Part shown: positions 28,609 through 41,799 of the stretch, one piece after another
Numbering within the stretch: position 1 is the stretch's first letter
How the letters are laid out: each line of letters begins with the position of its first letter
NCBI RefSeq assembly: GCF_963921235.1
Contig: NC_086108.1
Location: forward strand, 100,690,001 to 100,754,000
DNA from: Mobula hypostoma
Lineage: Eukaryota
Direction: 5' to 3'
Length of the DNA: 64,000 nt
Made by a program: the position numbers and the translations under genes
The notes under the pieces: model-generated
Seen by the model: only the letters and a program-made list of their open reading frames with translations
Databases searched by the model: none
What the model was told of the DNA's origin: nothing

Positions 28609-29286
28609 CTGGAATCATTTTGTTGGGTGTAATGACATTGTCTTGCCAACCTCTTTGCTGTTTTTTCCTGAAAAATGTCTATGCTTCTGCTTGGTACTGT
28701 GCAAGCACTGCCGGACGGCTGTTATAACGCACAGTCAGTGTGAACAGCATGGGGGTTAAATTGTAAAGTAAGCTTTTTTGACTAGATCCCCTAAATTGAT
28801 TTGATTGAGTATATCTTTAAAAATATTAATGTCAGAAATACTGCAGAAGATTCTACTCTCTTGTTGATCCTGGGTAGAGGGAGTACTGGTAGCAAATCTC
28901 ATTGAATGAAGGAGTTTCCAATATGTGAGGTCCAGTTTGCTGTCGAGTTGAACTGACCCTGCGACGAATTTGGATGTTTGATGGAGTGATGTTGTGAACT
29001 TCTTTGAAAATGAAAATTAACCGTAGTTTAATATGTCAGTTTTCAAGTGGTTCCCAGTGAAGGTTAGAGAGCATGTTGGTGACACTGGATTTCTTGCTGT
29101 AATCATTTAACACAAAGCGAGCAGCACAGCGTTGGATTTTTTCGATGGACTTCTTATTGTTAGCTTGATGGGGATCCCGTATGGCCGCGGAATACTCAAG
29201 TTTTGGACGGACAAGTGGCTTATATGCCATATCCTTGACGGATTTACTACGAGTGGAGGGTTCTTCTCAGGATACGCAGCATTTTA

Positions 29287-29478
29287 CATCAAAGTTGCTG
29301 GTGAACGCAGCAGGCCAGGCAGTATCAGTCGACATTTCGGGCCGAGACCCTTCATCAGGGTCTCGGCCCGAAACGTCGACTGTACCTCTTCCTAGAGATG
29401 CTGCCTGGCCTGCTGCATTCACCAGCAACTTTGATGTGTGTTGCTTGAATTTCCAGCATCTGCAGAATTCCTCATATT
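29287..29478. mobile_element. Palindromic head-to-head PLE-tail insertion with hammerhead core
   Basis: Flanked by TACGCAGCATTTTA / TACCCAGCATTTTA; 25-bp inverted arms at 29326-29350 and 29358-29382. Confidence 0.85.
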
Positions 29479-29855
29479 TACCCAGCATTTTATCTGCTTT
29501 GGCTGTAATCTGATTGATGTGGCATGCCCAGTTAAGATCCTTGCTAATTTCAACACCAAGATATGGGTGGTGGGTGACTGTTTCAAGAACCTGTCCATTC
29601 ATGTCATATGTCGTGTTGGTTGGTTTAACTTTGTGGCCGACATGCATAGCATAACAGTTAGATGAGTTGAAGGACATTTGCCATTGAGAGTCCAATTGAC
29701 ATAATGAATCAAATATCGTTTTGCAGCAGCTGAGCATCTTGGTAATTTTTTATCTCACAGTAGATTATGCAGTCATCTACAAAAAGTCTGACTTTGGACT
29801 TGACTATATTTGGCAAGTCGTTGATGTAAATGAGAAAAAGTAAGGGTTCCAAATC

Positions 29856-31188
29856 CAATGTTCCCTCAAATTTTTAGTAGTCAGTGTGCACAAAAATCTT
29901 ATGTTGTGCAAATTTTTTTCCTGTGACAAAAGAATGTGCTCACTGAATGCACACATGGCACAGTTTATGTAGGTTGACAAAATATTTGACATAAAACTGT
30001 ACAGAATAACAACAAAATAACATACATACTTAAGTCACTCAGTTATTTTTTCCCTCTGTCTTTGGCATTTACCCATTCTTTGTAATCTCTAGCTAGACTA
30101 ATAGAACTTCCATCCAATTCATAGCTTTTGATTCTCATTAACATATCCAAATGACATTCACCTAAATGGTTCTTCAGCTTGTTTTTGAGTTGATTCATTA
30201 GGCTAAAACCTCGCTCACAGTCCGCACTAGATGCAAGAAAGGTTCCCCCAATGTCCATCAACTGTGCAAGGTCACAAAACTGTTTATTTTGAAGTACAAA
30301 TGCCACCATTTGAGCAAAGTTTGAAATCAGTTTGGATTTAATTTTTCCTTGCATGGAAAATTTGAAATCATTAAACTGCCTAACTATTACAGTATTTTCA
30401 GCTAGAAAATCATGATATTTTAGACATAAGGCATTAACTTGTTCATCGCCGAATGTGAAGTCACAATCTGCAATTGCGGAGAAATCAAAAGTTGACCATT
30501 CTTGTACCTCATCTTCAGGAAACCTTTCTTCTAAATGAACACAAAGACAATTTATAAAAGTCAACAGCGCACTTGTATCTACTATGACGTTTTCTTCACG
30601 ATGTTGGCTTAGCAAAACTTTAACTTTACCACTCCATAAAACGTTGTCTCCCAGATATTGCTTTCTTATCTTGTTAATTTTGCCTCGCGCAAAATGAAGT
30701 GAATCAATCGGTGTCAGGCCACTCTTTTGCAGAATCTTGCACAGTGCAGCCAGTTCATCAAAGACATCACTTAAAATCCGTAAAGCTACTTTGTATGTGA
30801 TGTTTATCAATTTGTTGTGACAGTATTTAGCCACAGGGTTATTTGACTAATCTTTTTCAATAAAAACTTAGTAAGCTATCTACAGGATTTGAAACAGATC
30901 TTTGTAAACTTTATGATATGAACACTGTCCGCCAAAGATGGCTGCCGCCGTGATGCAGCTGTACAAACCGGAACAGGAAAGGTGAGGTGACATAAATTAG
31001 TGACGTGCATTGTGGTGTTTGAAAAACTGACTAACTAGTTAACAGAAACATTTAGCTAAAAGATTATTTTCAGTAAGTATTAATTACTACATTATTTTTA
31101 GGTAACTAACCTTTTGTACGCACATTAATTTCCTTTGTGCGCTGGTTGGAAAACGTGTGTGCAGGCACACAGCTTAGAGGGAACACAG
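29856..31188 (-). mobile_element. Internally deleted hAT transposon retaining a 263-codon transposase C-terminus (ZNF862-like)
   Basis: TIRs CAATGTTCCCTC / GAGGGAACACAG. ORF 30043-30834 has the hATC dimerisation motif SSADCERGFSLMNQLK. It interrupts the host LINE at GTVLGP. Confidence 0.85.
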
Positions 31189-32519
31189 GTCCCAGCACAG
31201 TCCCCTGGGGCACTCCTGATGTTACTGGAGATTCAGGGGACTCTGCTCCCACAAGAAGCACACGTTGCTGTCTGTTGGTAAGGAACATGTTTAACCAATG
31301 TACAAGGCTGTTGTTAATGCCCACATGTTCAAGCTTACGTAGCAATCTCTGGTGGGGGACCGTGTCAAATGCCTTACTGAAGTCGACTGTGATCAAGTCT
31401 GCTTGGCTTCTATTGTCAAGGATCTTTGCTAAGTCGTTGATCAACCCTGCAAGTTGCGTGTCACAAGATCTGCCCTGTCGGAATCCAAGTTGATGGTGAG
31501 TAAGAGCATTGTGCCTGTCTAGATGGTCCATAATGTGACGGCGAATAATATGTTCAAGGATTTTACAAGGGATGGAAGTGAGTGAAACCTGTCTGTAATT
31601 TCCCAGGTTTGTACGCTTGCCCTTCTTATAAATGGAATGACATTCGCTTTCAACCAATCGTCCGGTAACGTCCCAGTATCAAAAGACTTCTGGAATATCT
31701 TTTGCAAAACGGGAGCTAGACTGGAAGCACAATTCTTTAGAATCATAGCTGGTATTTGATCAAGTCCTGGTGCTTTCTTAGGCTGTAATTCCTCGAGAAG
31801 CTTGTTACAGTTATAATGAGATCTGGCAAGTCTGGGGTATTGCAGGGCTCTAAAGTGGGGAGTTCATTCAAATTTTCCCTTGTAAACACAGAGCAAAACT
31901 GCTGGTTAAGTGCCTGTGCTTTGTCTGCAGCAAGAGATACAACGCAGCCCCCGGATGAGAGCGAAGAAATTCCAAAAACATCTTGCCTTGTAGGTTTAAT
32001 AAAGCTCCAGAAGGGTTTGGTGTTGTCACTCTTTAAGCTCTCACCTATTACCTCATTAACATACTGATGGTAAGCTTTCCTGATGTTTCTATTAATAAGT
32101 CAGCGCAAGGATTTAAACTTTTGCCAGTCTTCAATCTGACTGGATTTCCTAGCTTTATTACAGAGTCTTTGCTTTCTACGTATCGCACGCCGGGTGGACT
32201 GGTTTACCCCTGGTGAGTTGAACCTGGAAGAGCTATGTATGCTCATGTGGCTCAGATTTTCAGACCTTTTCTCTCTGCTCGCTCTTCCTTTATGCTCAGC
32301 TGCACTTGAAATTTTCCTCTACTTCTCATTCTTTCTATTTATGCTTTTTCCAGATACTTCCGTCAAATGTTCTTATATACAACAATCTCAAACACATTCC
32401 TCAATTCTTTTCAATTCTATGTCTTTCCTCTGAATCTTCAAGCCAGCTATATCATCCTTAACTGTTAAAGCAGTGGGAAACTATTAAAGATGATATATTC
32501 AATATATTATTTATTTAGA

Positions 32520-32670
32520 GTTAGTGCATAGAATTAGGGCCCTTACTTCCAACAAGCCCACACCACCCAATTACACCCACGTGACCAATTAATCAACTAA
32601 CCTGTATATCTTTGGAACATGGGAGGAAACCAGAACACCTGAAGGATACCCACACAGAAATAAAAGAATG
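32520..32670 (-). mobile_element. V-SINE-like fragment
   Basis: TTTGGAACATGGGAGGAAACCAGAACACCTGAAGG core, related to 39880-40165 and 38440-38700. Confidence 0.6.
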
Positions 32671-33417
32671 TACAATGATGTCAAATTAAACAGAGGAGCA
32701 AGATGAGAGGGAATGGAGAACGTGTTCATAATACAACGGAAGAGACCCACAATACTACAGGAGGGAACATGAAGTGGAGAGACAGAACAAAGCATGAGGA
32801 AGATAATCCTTTGTAGAAACAAAAAATTTCCAATAATCAAAGTCAATACCAGTGAATAAAATGCTACCCAATCCTTGCTCAGACAAAAATCGCCACGTGA
32901 ATAAAATTTTAAAAGTCTCATTGCCAACTATTAAAATAATGCTGTTTCTGAGAATTAACTGAAAGCAAACTGGCTACTGTGTTTCCTACAATAGCGAGGC
33001 AACTTCAAAAGTTCTTTATAGATGCAAAGCATTTTAGGCCATTCAGAACAGGTGCTGCACAAATCCACATTATTTCTTCTAACAAAGAATCAGAATCGCC
33101 TCGCTTATTATTATGGCCTTACATGATGTGAAGTGTTGTTTTACGTCAGGGAATTTTTAAAAAGACAAAGAATTAGAAAGTCATAGGTATTCAGAAGTAT
33201 TACTGTACATTGCAAATACTTCAGAAATACATTTCCAATTAAAGTTTGAAAAGGTAGCAATGCATTTACTTTATTTGACAAAACAAAGTGAACATTAACA
33301 ATACAAGTTTCATCTTTGCAGAAATGTGATCACTTTCAAAATCATTTGCTTTGATTTAGTTCTTTTCAATACATCTTAAAAACTCAATTTATTGCTTATA
33401 TTGACTATAGTCTAGAT

Positions 33418-34414
33418 CAGGGGTGGTCAGCCTTTTACATTCCAAGCGTCAATTTTTTCTCGCACAAGTTCAGATGCGCCATGCAACTCTTGTACCCCCA
33501 TTCAATTCTTGTAAAAATGTTAATATAGACATATTTAGCATTTTTACATGATATATTGATTTAATATAAAAACAAGATAATTACTTACCTTAATGAGACT
33601 TTTGAGTCTGTTTTGATTTCGCCAAGCTTTTAATGTTTGGAGTTAATTTAGTTACTGAGAGCAGCAGAGAATTCTTCAAATTTGAATCAGTCAATCGCGA
33701 CTTTGTTTTGTTTTTAATAATTCATGGCTGAAAATGTTTTCACAAACAATGCACAACGGTTTTCCTGACGTACCCACTATAAATAAGAACGCATTTTCCC
33801 ACTGTTCATTGAATTCACACTTACGATCACTTTCTGCTTTTCTTTTGCTTATTTTCTTTTGCACTGTGATGGGTAACTGAAAGTAAAAACAAGGCTTAAT
33901 TTTTGAAAAAGTACAAAACTGCAAATGTTCGCAAAGGACGAACAAAGCACAACTCCGTAGCACACGAGTGTCAATTGTAAACTGACTGGCAAAAACCTGC
34001 GACGCACCGCTGGTGCAGACGCCTGGCACCTCAGGATCAAACAAGTATCAAACGTGTATTGAACAGTTATGGAACGACTGCAGAACAGAAGTCCTTTTTT
34101 CCTAGTTTGACTTATGGAACATTTTTAAAAATTTTAAACAGATTAATGTGAAAGAAGATAACATTCGCCAAAAGATGTGCACGAAATAATAAAATTGCTA
34201 CGTTTTAAGATTTATGCTCAGTAAAACCCATTTCTAGCTCTAAGCAACTTGAATTCCCATTATAGATTTTTTTTATATACAAATCGGTTTTTGGTTAATA
34301 CTTTTTGCATGAGTAGGCTTACTTTTTTTTAAATTATCACTGGGGTGCAATGCACCACTTCGAATCATCCAATGTGCCACTTTTGCTACATGCACCATAA
34401 GTTGGCCATCCCTG
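33418..34414 (-). mobile_element. Internally deleted hAT Buster/Charlie (SPIN/GTF2IRD2-like) transposon
   Basis: TIRs CAGGGGTGGTCA / TGGCCATCCCTG; 8-bp TSD GTCTAGAT/GTCTATAT with central TA. The N-terminal FNEQWENAFLF...PLCIVC zinc-finger part is joined directly to the C-terminal ...KSKQTQKSH*. Confidence 0.88.
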
Positions 34415-35199
34415 GTCTATATTTATCTAAGAAAATGACAGCAAGAGCTAAATTAAATTCTTTCTCCCCCTTCCCCATCTCTGATGGGACATTTGGGGAT
34501 GTGCAGTTTGTATTTTCTTCACCCTTCCAGAATAAAACCAGGTTCCTAGCTCAGAATTCACAACAATAACAGCCAAGGAACCACTGGTCTCAATGTCAAT
34601 TTTGACAAGGACTTCTGCTATATTGCATGCATAGTTAAATATGAAAATTCAGGCAGCTGCTGTCATTGATATTCTGTAGTTCCACAAACTTCACAGATGC
34701 AATTAACACAGAATCAGCAAGAAATAAAAATCAAGTGTTTTTCTAAAACAAGCACATTTTTATCACTGTAAAAACCACAAGCTTGTAAATGACAAAGCCA
34801 GAAGGAGAGAATGCAGATTGCAAGGAGTATGCGGAGATGCTCCAACCTGACTTAGACAAGTTGGGTGCATGGGTAAATACCTGATAGCTGCAGGTTAGCA
34901 TGAATAAGTGAGGTTAGCATGAATAAGTGAGGTCAGCAACTTTCTTTAATAGCAAAACTTTAGATTGGGAAAATGGAAAATGCAATAAGACTTGTGTGCC
35001 CTGGCATGCCAGCAGCTAAAAAGCAAGTATTCATGTGAAAATAGTGATTAGGAAGGTGACAGGCATGTTGGCTTTCATTACAAGACTATCATGTTGCAGA
35101 TTTATAGGGCCTTTATAAAACTGCATCTGGAGTACTGTTTTGGACTTTTCATCTGAGGAAGGAGATGCTTGCCATGGAAGCAGTGAAATGAAAATTGAC

Positions 35200-36145
35200 C
35201 AAGATCCACCAAAAGCCGTGGACGAACCAGGAGGTACATCATCTGCTGAAGGCTAGATCTGTGGCATTCAAGTCTGGCGACCCAGGTCTACACCAGGAAA
35301 CCAGGTAGGATTTGCGGAGGGCTATTACAGGGCAAAGAGACAATTTCGAATGAGATTGGAGGCAACATCAGATGCACGGCAACTCTGGCAGGGTCACCAA
35401 GACATTATTTCCTACAAAGTGAAACCTAATAGCTTGAATGGCAGTGACACAGCACTACCAGATGAACTCAACGCCTTCTATGCACGTTTTGAAAGGGAGA
35501 ACACAATTACAGCTGTGAAGATCCCTGCTGCACCTGATGACCCTGTGATCTGTGTCTCAGAGGTCGATATTAGGACGTCTTTAAAGAGAGTGAAACCTCG
35601 CAAGGTGGAAGGTCCCGATGGAGTACCTGGTAAGGCTCTGAAAACCTGCACCAACCAACTAGCAGGAGTAGTCAAGGACATTTTCACCTCTCACTGCTAC
35701 GGGTGGAAGTTCCCTCTTGCCTCAGAAAGGCAACAACTATAACAGTACCCAAGAATAATAATGTGGGCTGCCTTAATGACTATCACCCAGTAGCACTCAC
35801 ATCGACAGTGATGAAATGCTTTGAGAGGTTGGTCATGACTAGACTGAACTCCTGCCTCAGCAAAGACCTGGACACACTGCAATTTGCCTTTCACCACAAT
35901 AGGTCAATGGCAGATGCAATCTCAATGGCTCTCCACATGGCTTTAGACAATCTGGACAACACAAACACCCATGTCAGGATGCTGTTCATTGACTATAGCT
36001 CAGCATTTAATACCATCATTCCCACAATCCTGATTGAGAAGTTGCAGAACCTGGGCCTCTGTACCTCCGTCTGCAATTGTTTCCTCGACTTCCTAACTGG
36101 AAAACCACAATCTCTGCCGATTGGTGATAATATATCTTCCTCACT
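35200..36145 (+). mobile_element. Rex1/Babar LINE RT fragment
   Basis: LPDELNAFYARFE, LNDYHPVALTSTVMKCFERLV, VRMLFIDYSSAFNTI. Confidence 0.9.
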
Positions 36146-36349
36146 GGTACACCAATTTGGCAGGAGTCTTCTGTCCGAATTAAGTGGCATAGTGTCCCAA
36201 GTAAACAAAAAGAATCTCGGCTATTTGTTCTACCCTATGGTGAATATATTTTCTGTAATTAATTTGTTTAACCCTATTAGAATTATATACAGTAGATTTC
36301 TATGAGATCCCTTTGTTCTTCTAAGTTTGAGTGAATATGGGCATAACCT

Positions 36350-37135
36350 GCTTATGCAATACATAATCTAGCCAAGAAAGATAATAAATAAAATCAAAAA
36401 TAAGTCAATTACAGTATATGCATATTGAATAGATTTTAAAAAACATGCAAAAAACAGAAATAAGGTATATTTTAGAAAAGTGAGGTAGTGTCCAAAGATT
36501 CAATGTCCATTTAGGAATCGGATGGCAGAGGGGAAGAAGCTGTTCCTAAATCACTGAGTGTGTGCCTTCAGGTTTCTGTACCTCCTACCTGATGGTAACA
36601 GTGAGAAAATGACATGCCCTGGGTGCTAGAGGTCCTTAATAATGGACGCTGCCTTTCTGAGACACCACTTCCTGAAGATGTCCTGGGTACTTTGTAGGCT
36701 AGTACCCAAGATGTGGCTGACTAGATTTACAACCCTCTGCAGCTTCTTTCTGTCCTGTGCAGTAGCACCCCCCACCATACCAGACAGTGATGCAGCCTGT
36801 CAGAATGCTCTCCACAGTACAACTACAGAAGTTTTTGAGTGTATTTACTGACATGCCAAATCTCTTCAAACTCCTAAAGTATAGCCACTGTCTTGCCTTC
36901 TTTATATCTACATCGATATGTTGGGATCAGGTTAGATCCTCAGAGATCTTGACACCCAGGAACATGCTCACGCTCTCCACCTGATCCCTCTATGAGGATT
37001 GGTATGTGTTCCTTTGTCTTACCCTTCCTGAAGTCCACAATCAGCTCTTTCATCTTACTGACATTGAGCATCAGGTTGTCGCTGCTGCACCACTCCACTA
37101 GTTGGCATATCTCGCTCCTGTACGCCCTCTCGTCA
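36350..37135 (-). mobile_element. Rex1/Babar LINE 3' fragment
   Basis: DERAYRSEICQLVEWCSSDNLMLNVSKMKELIVDFRK plus 3'UTR. Confidence 0.85.
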
Positions 37136-37496
37136 TGAGTATAATGAATATTGATCAAGACATGGGGGATAATGTCACTGAACTTGTCAAAATAGTCCAA
37201 TGCTGTTTGTCCATTTTAACCTGGCCTTGTTTGACACCTTTTGAAAAAGGCAGCATTTCCAACTGTGTAACATTGATGTATTTCTTGAGAAATCTGTGAA
37301 CTGGGCCAAAAAATAAACTGTCAAACTCTTTAGTTTTGTAAAAATTAAGGTTTAAAAACTTTAAAATTATATATATATAAAAAAACTAATATTTCAACAT
37401 ATTGGGTTGCCTACTGTACAGTTAGCATAATCTTTTGCAAAACATTAAAGCATTATAAAATTGAGTGTTTTTAAACTCTCCTTGGGATAACACAAC

Positions 37497-38700
37497 AGCA
37501 TAGCGGTTAGCACAATGCCTGTGTACAATACTCCTTCAGTCAACATTTTCTGGATAGATCATGAAACCATTTATTTCACTTCTTTTATGTCTTTTACATT
37601 TGTTTTTCATCTTGGATTGATTCTGGAACAGTTGCAGCCTGTGATTTGCTATTTGGAGATTGTTCGGGTGTTTCAGCGCTCCTCAGTCTCTTGAGGGGAT
37701 TCCAGGAGGCAGAGGCAGCATTTGGGAACCTCGTGGCGAAAAAGCTGCGGGATGGGCCACAAGCCAATGTTCAACTCCATTTCTCTGATTAAAGCAATGA
37801 GGGAGATTGAAACATCAAGGTGAATGCAGAAGTTTGGAGATCATTTGGGTGCTTCAGCACTTTGCAGCCTGAGAGGCTTCCAGGATAGAGGCAATGTGCA
37901 CAAACCTTGTGGTGGGCAGGCTGAGGGATGGGGACGGGGGTGCAAGCCAATGTTTGATTCAATTTCACCAATTAAAGCTTCCGTTATGCGTCAATTAAAG
38001 CAACAAGGGAGATTGAATCATCAAGGCAAGTATGGAGGGTGAGCACCAGCTGCCTGTCTTTTGATCGCTCTGCTACCGGAGAGGGGAGAGCCTGCCGCCA
38101 TACCCAAAGAGTGTTGCATTTTGGATGTGGACTTAAACTAGTTTTTTTCCCAGTCTTATATACATTCTGTGTTTTTCCACCCAATCTTTCTCGTTTTTTG
38201 TACAGAGAGGGGGATATGGGGGCCAATGTGCCTGCTCTGTTTTGCTTGTTTTTTGTGTGTGGGAGGAGGAATTTAGGAGTTGGTGTGCCTGCTCCTTTTT
38301 TGTTTGTTTTCTTTGAGTGGGAGGAGAGATTTGGGTTGATGATCATGCTGCCTTTCCTTTCTCCTTGGTTTCATTGCTAACCCAGTGAATTTCAGAGTTG
38401 TATATTTCGATAATAAATGAACCTCTGAACCTTACAGTATCATCAATTCCTGCTGCTGCCTGTAAGGAGTTTGTATGTTCTCCCTGTGACTGTGAGGATT
38501 TCCTCCTGGTTCTCAGTTTTCCCTCACACATTCCAAAGGCTTATGGGTTAGGGTTAGTTAGCTGTGGGCATGCTATATCGGCACTGGAAGCATGGTGATA
38601 CTTGCGAGATACCCAGCAAAATCCTCACTGATTTGACACAAACAACACATTTCATTGTATGTTTCAATATACATGTGACAAATAAAGCAAATCTTAAATC
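37497..38700 (+). mobile_element. V-SINE-like element split by a ~0.9 kb repeat-like insertion
   Basis: A-box-like head AGCATAGCGGTTAGCAC at 37497; the core resumes at about 38440 (GGAGTTTGTATGTTCTCCCTGTG...). The intervening piece has an internal duplication and an AATAAA/GAACCT tail. Confidence 0.5.
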
Positions 38701-39879
38701 TCCGTTTGTTGGCAAAAGAATTGCTTAATATGATTGTCTGTTGCTATATTGATGAAATTGTTACTCCATGCCACAAATGCCCTACAGATGGTGCCAAACT
38801 GCACATCACATTGGAAAAAAATGTGTATATGAAAGTTAATGGGGCAAAACTTCTGCCAGGATCTATGACAGCTCTTCTCGCGAACAAATATACTGTACTT
38901 ATAAGTAAGCGTTGCAACTTTCTACTCAAAGTATCGGCCAGTAACTTCTGCGCTACCTGGTTGGACTTCTCTCAGTCTAATGAAGCAGCAAGAATTTTTG
39001 GACATTCTTCCAGATTTCAGAGAGAAAATTCACCACTAAGTGCCTATCACATTAAACAGCAGCCAGTCTAGCAGACCCATTCTAATGAATATGATAAATC
39101 AGTTGTGAGGAAAAAGTCACATAGAGCTTATAATAGGATTTATGTTAATTTGCATATTTTAATTATTTTTAAGTCTATGCATTTTCAGTCATTTAAGATT
39201 TGAAATATAATAACAACTTTAATTTTATAATTAAGATGACACACTGGAAGTTAATCTCCCAGAAGAAATTTGAACCTCAGCTGTGATCGGAAAATGTATT
39301 TCAAGGTGTCCCAGTGATCCTCGCCGACCCCATTGCATACTGAGAGATAAAATCCGTAACTTTACAATCATCCTTAATACTTGCACTTGCCGGTCCATAA
39401 TCAAATCAACCGATGCAAGAGGAACATTTCAAACTACAGGAACACATACTGAGGGATACTTTGAAGTTCAACACTACCACAACAAAGGCTCTGTGGGGAA
39501 GGACAACAGCCTAGATTACTGCTGCCACTGAGCACTGAAGGACTGGGCCCCTGTGTAAAAGCCTTCAGAGGTCAATTGTTTGAGGAGACATCAGCTACTT
39601 TGACATACTGCAAGAGAATGCATTGAACTGACTGTACAATGAATATACAGAAAGATTTGTACCAATGTTTACTGTATATATAATGAATATAGTTTAAATA
39701 CATCAATGCTTTTGAAAATGGGTACAATTTAGCTTAAAATCTTTCAACTGATGCAAATCAATTTCTTGCAGTATTGTCACTATGTTGTATACAATGAAGT
39801 AGAAAGGTGGATGTTTGCAGCAGGTCTGCTTGGTTTTGAATTACCAGTCCAGATCTCTGTACTCTTCCAATGCTATCAC

Positions 39880-40165
39880 ACCTTCATTTATTTAGAGAAG
39901 CAGCGTGGAACATGCTTATCCGGCCCAACAAGCCACACCGCCCAACATTCCACCTATTGAACCCTAGCCTAATCACAGGACAATTTACAATGACCAATTA
40001 ACTTAAGCAGCTCTTCTTTGGACTGTGAGATGAATCCTGAGCACCCAGAGGAAACCCACCCGGTCACACGATGAACATACAAACTTCTTACAAAGAGCAC
40101 AAGAATTGAAGACCAAACTCCAATGTCCCGAGCTGAAATAGCATTGTACTAACTGCTGTACTACC
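39880..40165 (-). mobile_element. V-SINE-like tRNA-derived SINE
   Basis: Core GAGCACCCAGAGGAAACCCAC...ACATACAAACT with a tRNA-like head near 40140-40165. Confidence 0.65.
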
Positions 40166-41508
40166 GGGCAGAAACTTTCTTCTGGCAAAGATTCACATTG
40201 CCATTTGCAATTAACACAAACATTCTCCTGCCCTTTTTTACTGCTTTTGATTATATCCAATCAAAGAATATATAGCCTTATTCCCCTTGCCATATAAAAA
40301 TGCGTATTATCGAGGACCAGTCAATGAGATTGGTATTTGGAAAGGTATTTCGACAAGTTCAAATTTATAAAGAGTGCAGGTGGAAGACTGGCTGGAACAT
40401 CAAAAATAGACAAATCAAAAGCTAAGAAAGGTAATAATGAACATCTAGTAGAGGATCACAGGCAATGGCAGAAACTGCAGATGCTATAGAGAAGGATGGA
40501 GCATACAAGGGAAGAAGCAACCCTCAAGGTTAATTATCAGTACAAAAGCAAAATACTCCTACTGTTGGAAGACAGAAAGATGATCAGAAAATCCTGGAAA
40601 TACTTCAGAATTTTCTTAAGTATAGATTTTATCCTTTCCACTTTAACACCTAACATTAATTTTGAGATGAACACTATTAATATGATATATTTTGGGAGGT
40701 TGCTCCCAATGTAACTGAAGAAACGGCATATTCCAGGATGTAGATATCCAGCGTTCTTGAAAATCATTAAAAGTGAACCATTACTCTTATCCAAAGCTGC
40801 ATCAGCTTCAAAAAGGGGGCTAATCGAGCTTAACAGATACTGCACAACTTCTTCCTGCATAATCACCAAGTTGACTACAATTACAGAAAGCTGAGGATGT
40901 TTCTGGCTGTTAAAAATTCCTTGATTTTAAAATTTCCATTCAAGAACTCTGTAAAGCTTTGAGCGACACTGTTCAGTGTATAAAGGTGACAATTTTCATG
41001 CGCCCACTACTTCAATTTCCCATTGCACTCTGCCCTATCTGTTAAGTTCCCAATTTTGACAATCCCAACATAAATTTAAGGGAAGCATCTTTTACCCTAC
41101 AGACAACAACAGCTCAACAAGGCTTTTTTTCTTCCCCAGCTCTGACAAAGGGTCTTCAACCTGCTCAGAATTTCTTGACTTGCACAGTATTTGCAGCGTA
41201 TATTTATTTTAGATTTCCAACATCCTCATTTTCTAGGCTTTTCACTTAGGCAGTAGCAGTTTCTGACTAGGTATTAATTCAACAATTTGAAATAATTAGT
41301 GTTTTCAGTGTACATCAGAGCTGAACACTTTTGATGCAAAATCATCTACTTGTAATGCTACCTGTCTCTCTCCACAGATGCTGCTTAACTTGCTGGGAAT
41401 TTCCAACATTCTATTTTACATATCCAGCAACTATTACATTCTGCATTTCGTAGTTCCATTTTTCCTTGATAACCTACTTGATCTATCTTTACTCACTTTC
41501 CTCCAGAC

Positions 41509-41588
41509 CAGGGTTTCCCAATCATTCTTATGTCATGGATCCTTACCATTAACTGAGGGGTCCATGAACCTCTCGTTGACAACCCCTG
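41509..41588. mobile_element. 80-bp hAT (Charlie-type) MITE
   Basis: CAGGGTTTCCCAA ... TTGACAACCCCTG with 8-bp TSD CTCCAGAC/CTCCAGAT. Confidence 0.8.
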
Positions 41589-41799
41589 CTCCAGATTAGC
41601 CACCAGCATGCATCACCATCTCCTTTAACCATCAACACTGAACTCCACTCAATTACAGATGTTCTTTTAGTCTTGAAGTATCTTGTGCAGCAATGATTTG
41701 TGCAAAGCTATCAAGGCTGTGAAACAATACATGGACAAGATTGCGTCAAGATTCACAACGAATAGCATACGTGACTTGTGGTGAGGGTTACATACCATC

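Larger units (their letters stand above)
28900..32230 (-). mobile_element. CR1/L2-group LINE split by hAT and PLE-derived insertions
   Basis: RT motifs continue across the insertions: LPDDWLKANV, GNYRQVSLTSIPCKILEH, DFSKAFDTVPH, GVPQGTVLGP | LFLIYINDLP, FVDD, YLGV, KMLG | LRR, RPKLEYS. Confidence 0.88.

Noticed and set aside
40537..40869. 110-aa minus ORF in non-repeat DNA
   Set aside because: No recognisable motif or convincing splice context.
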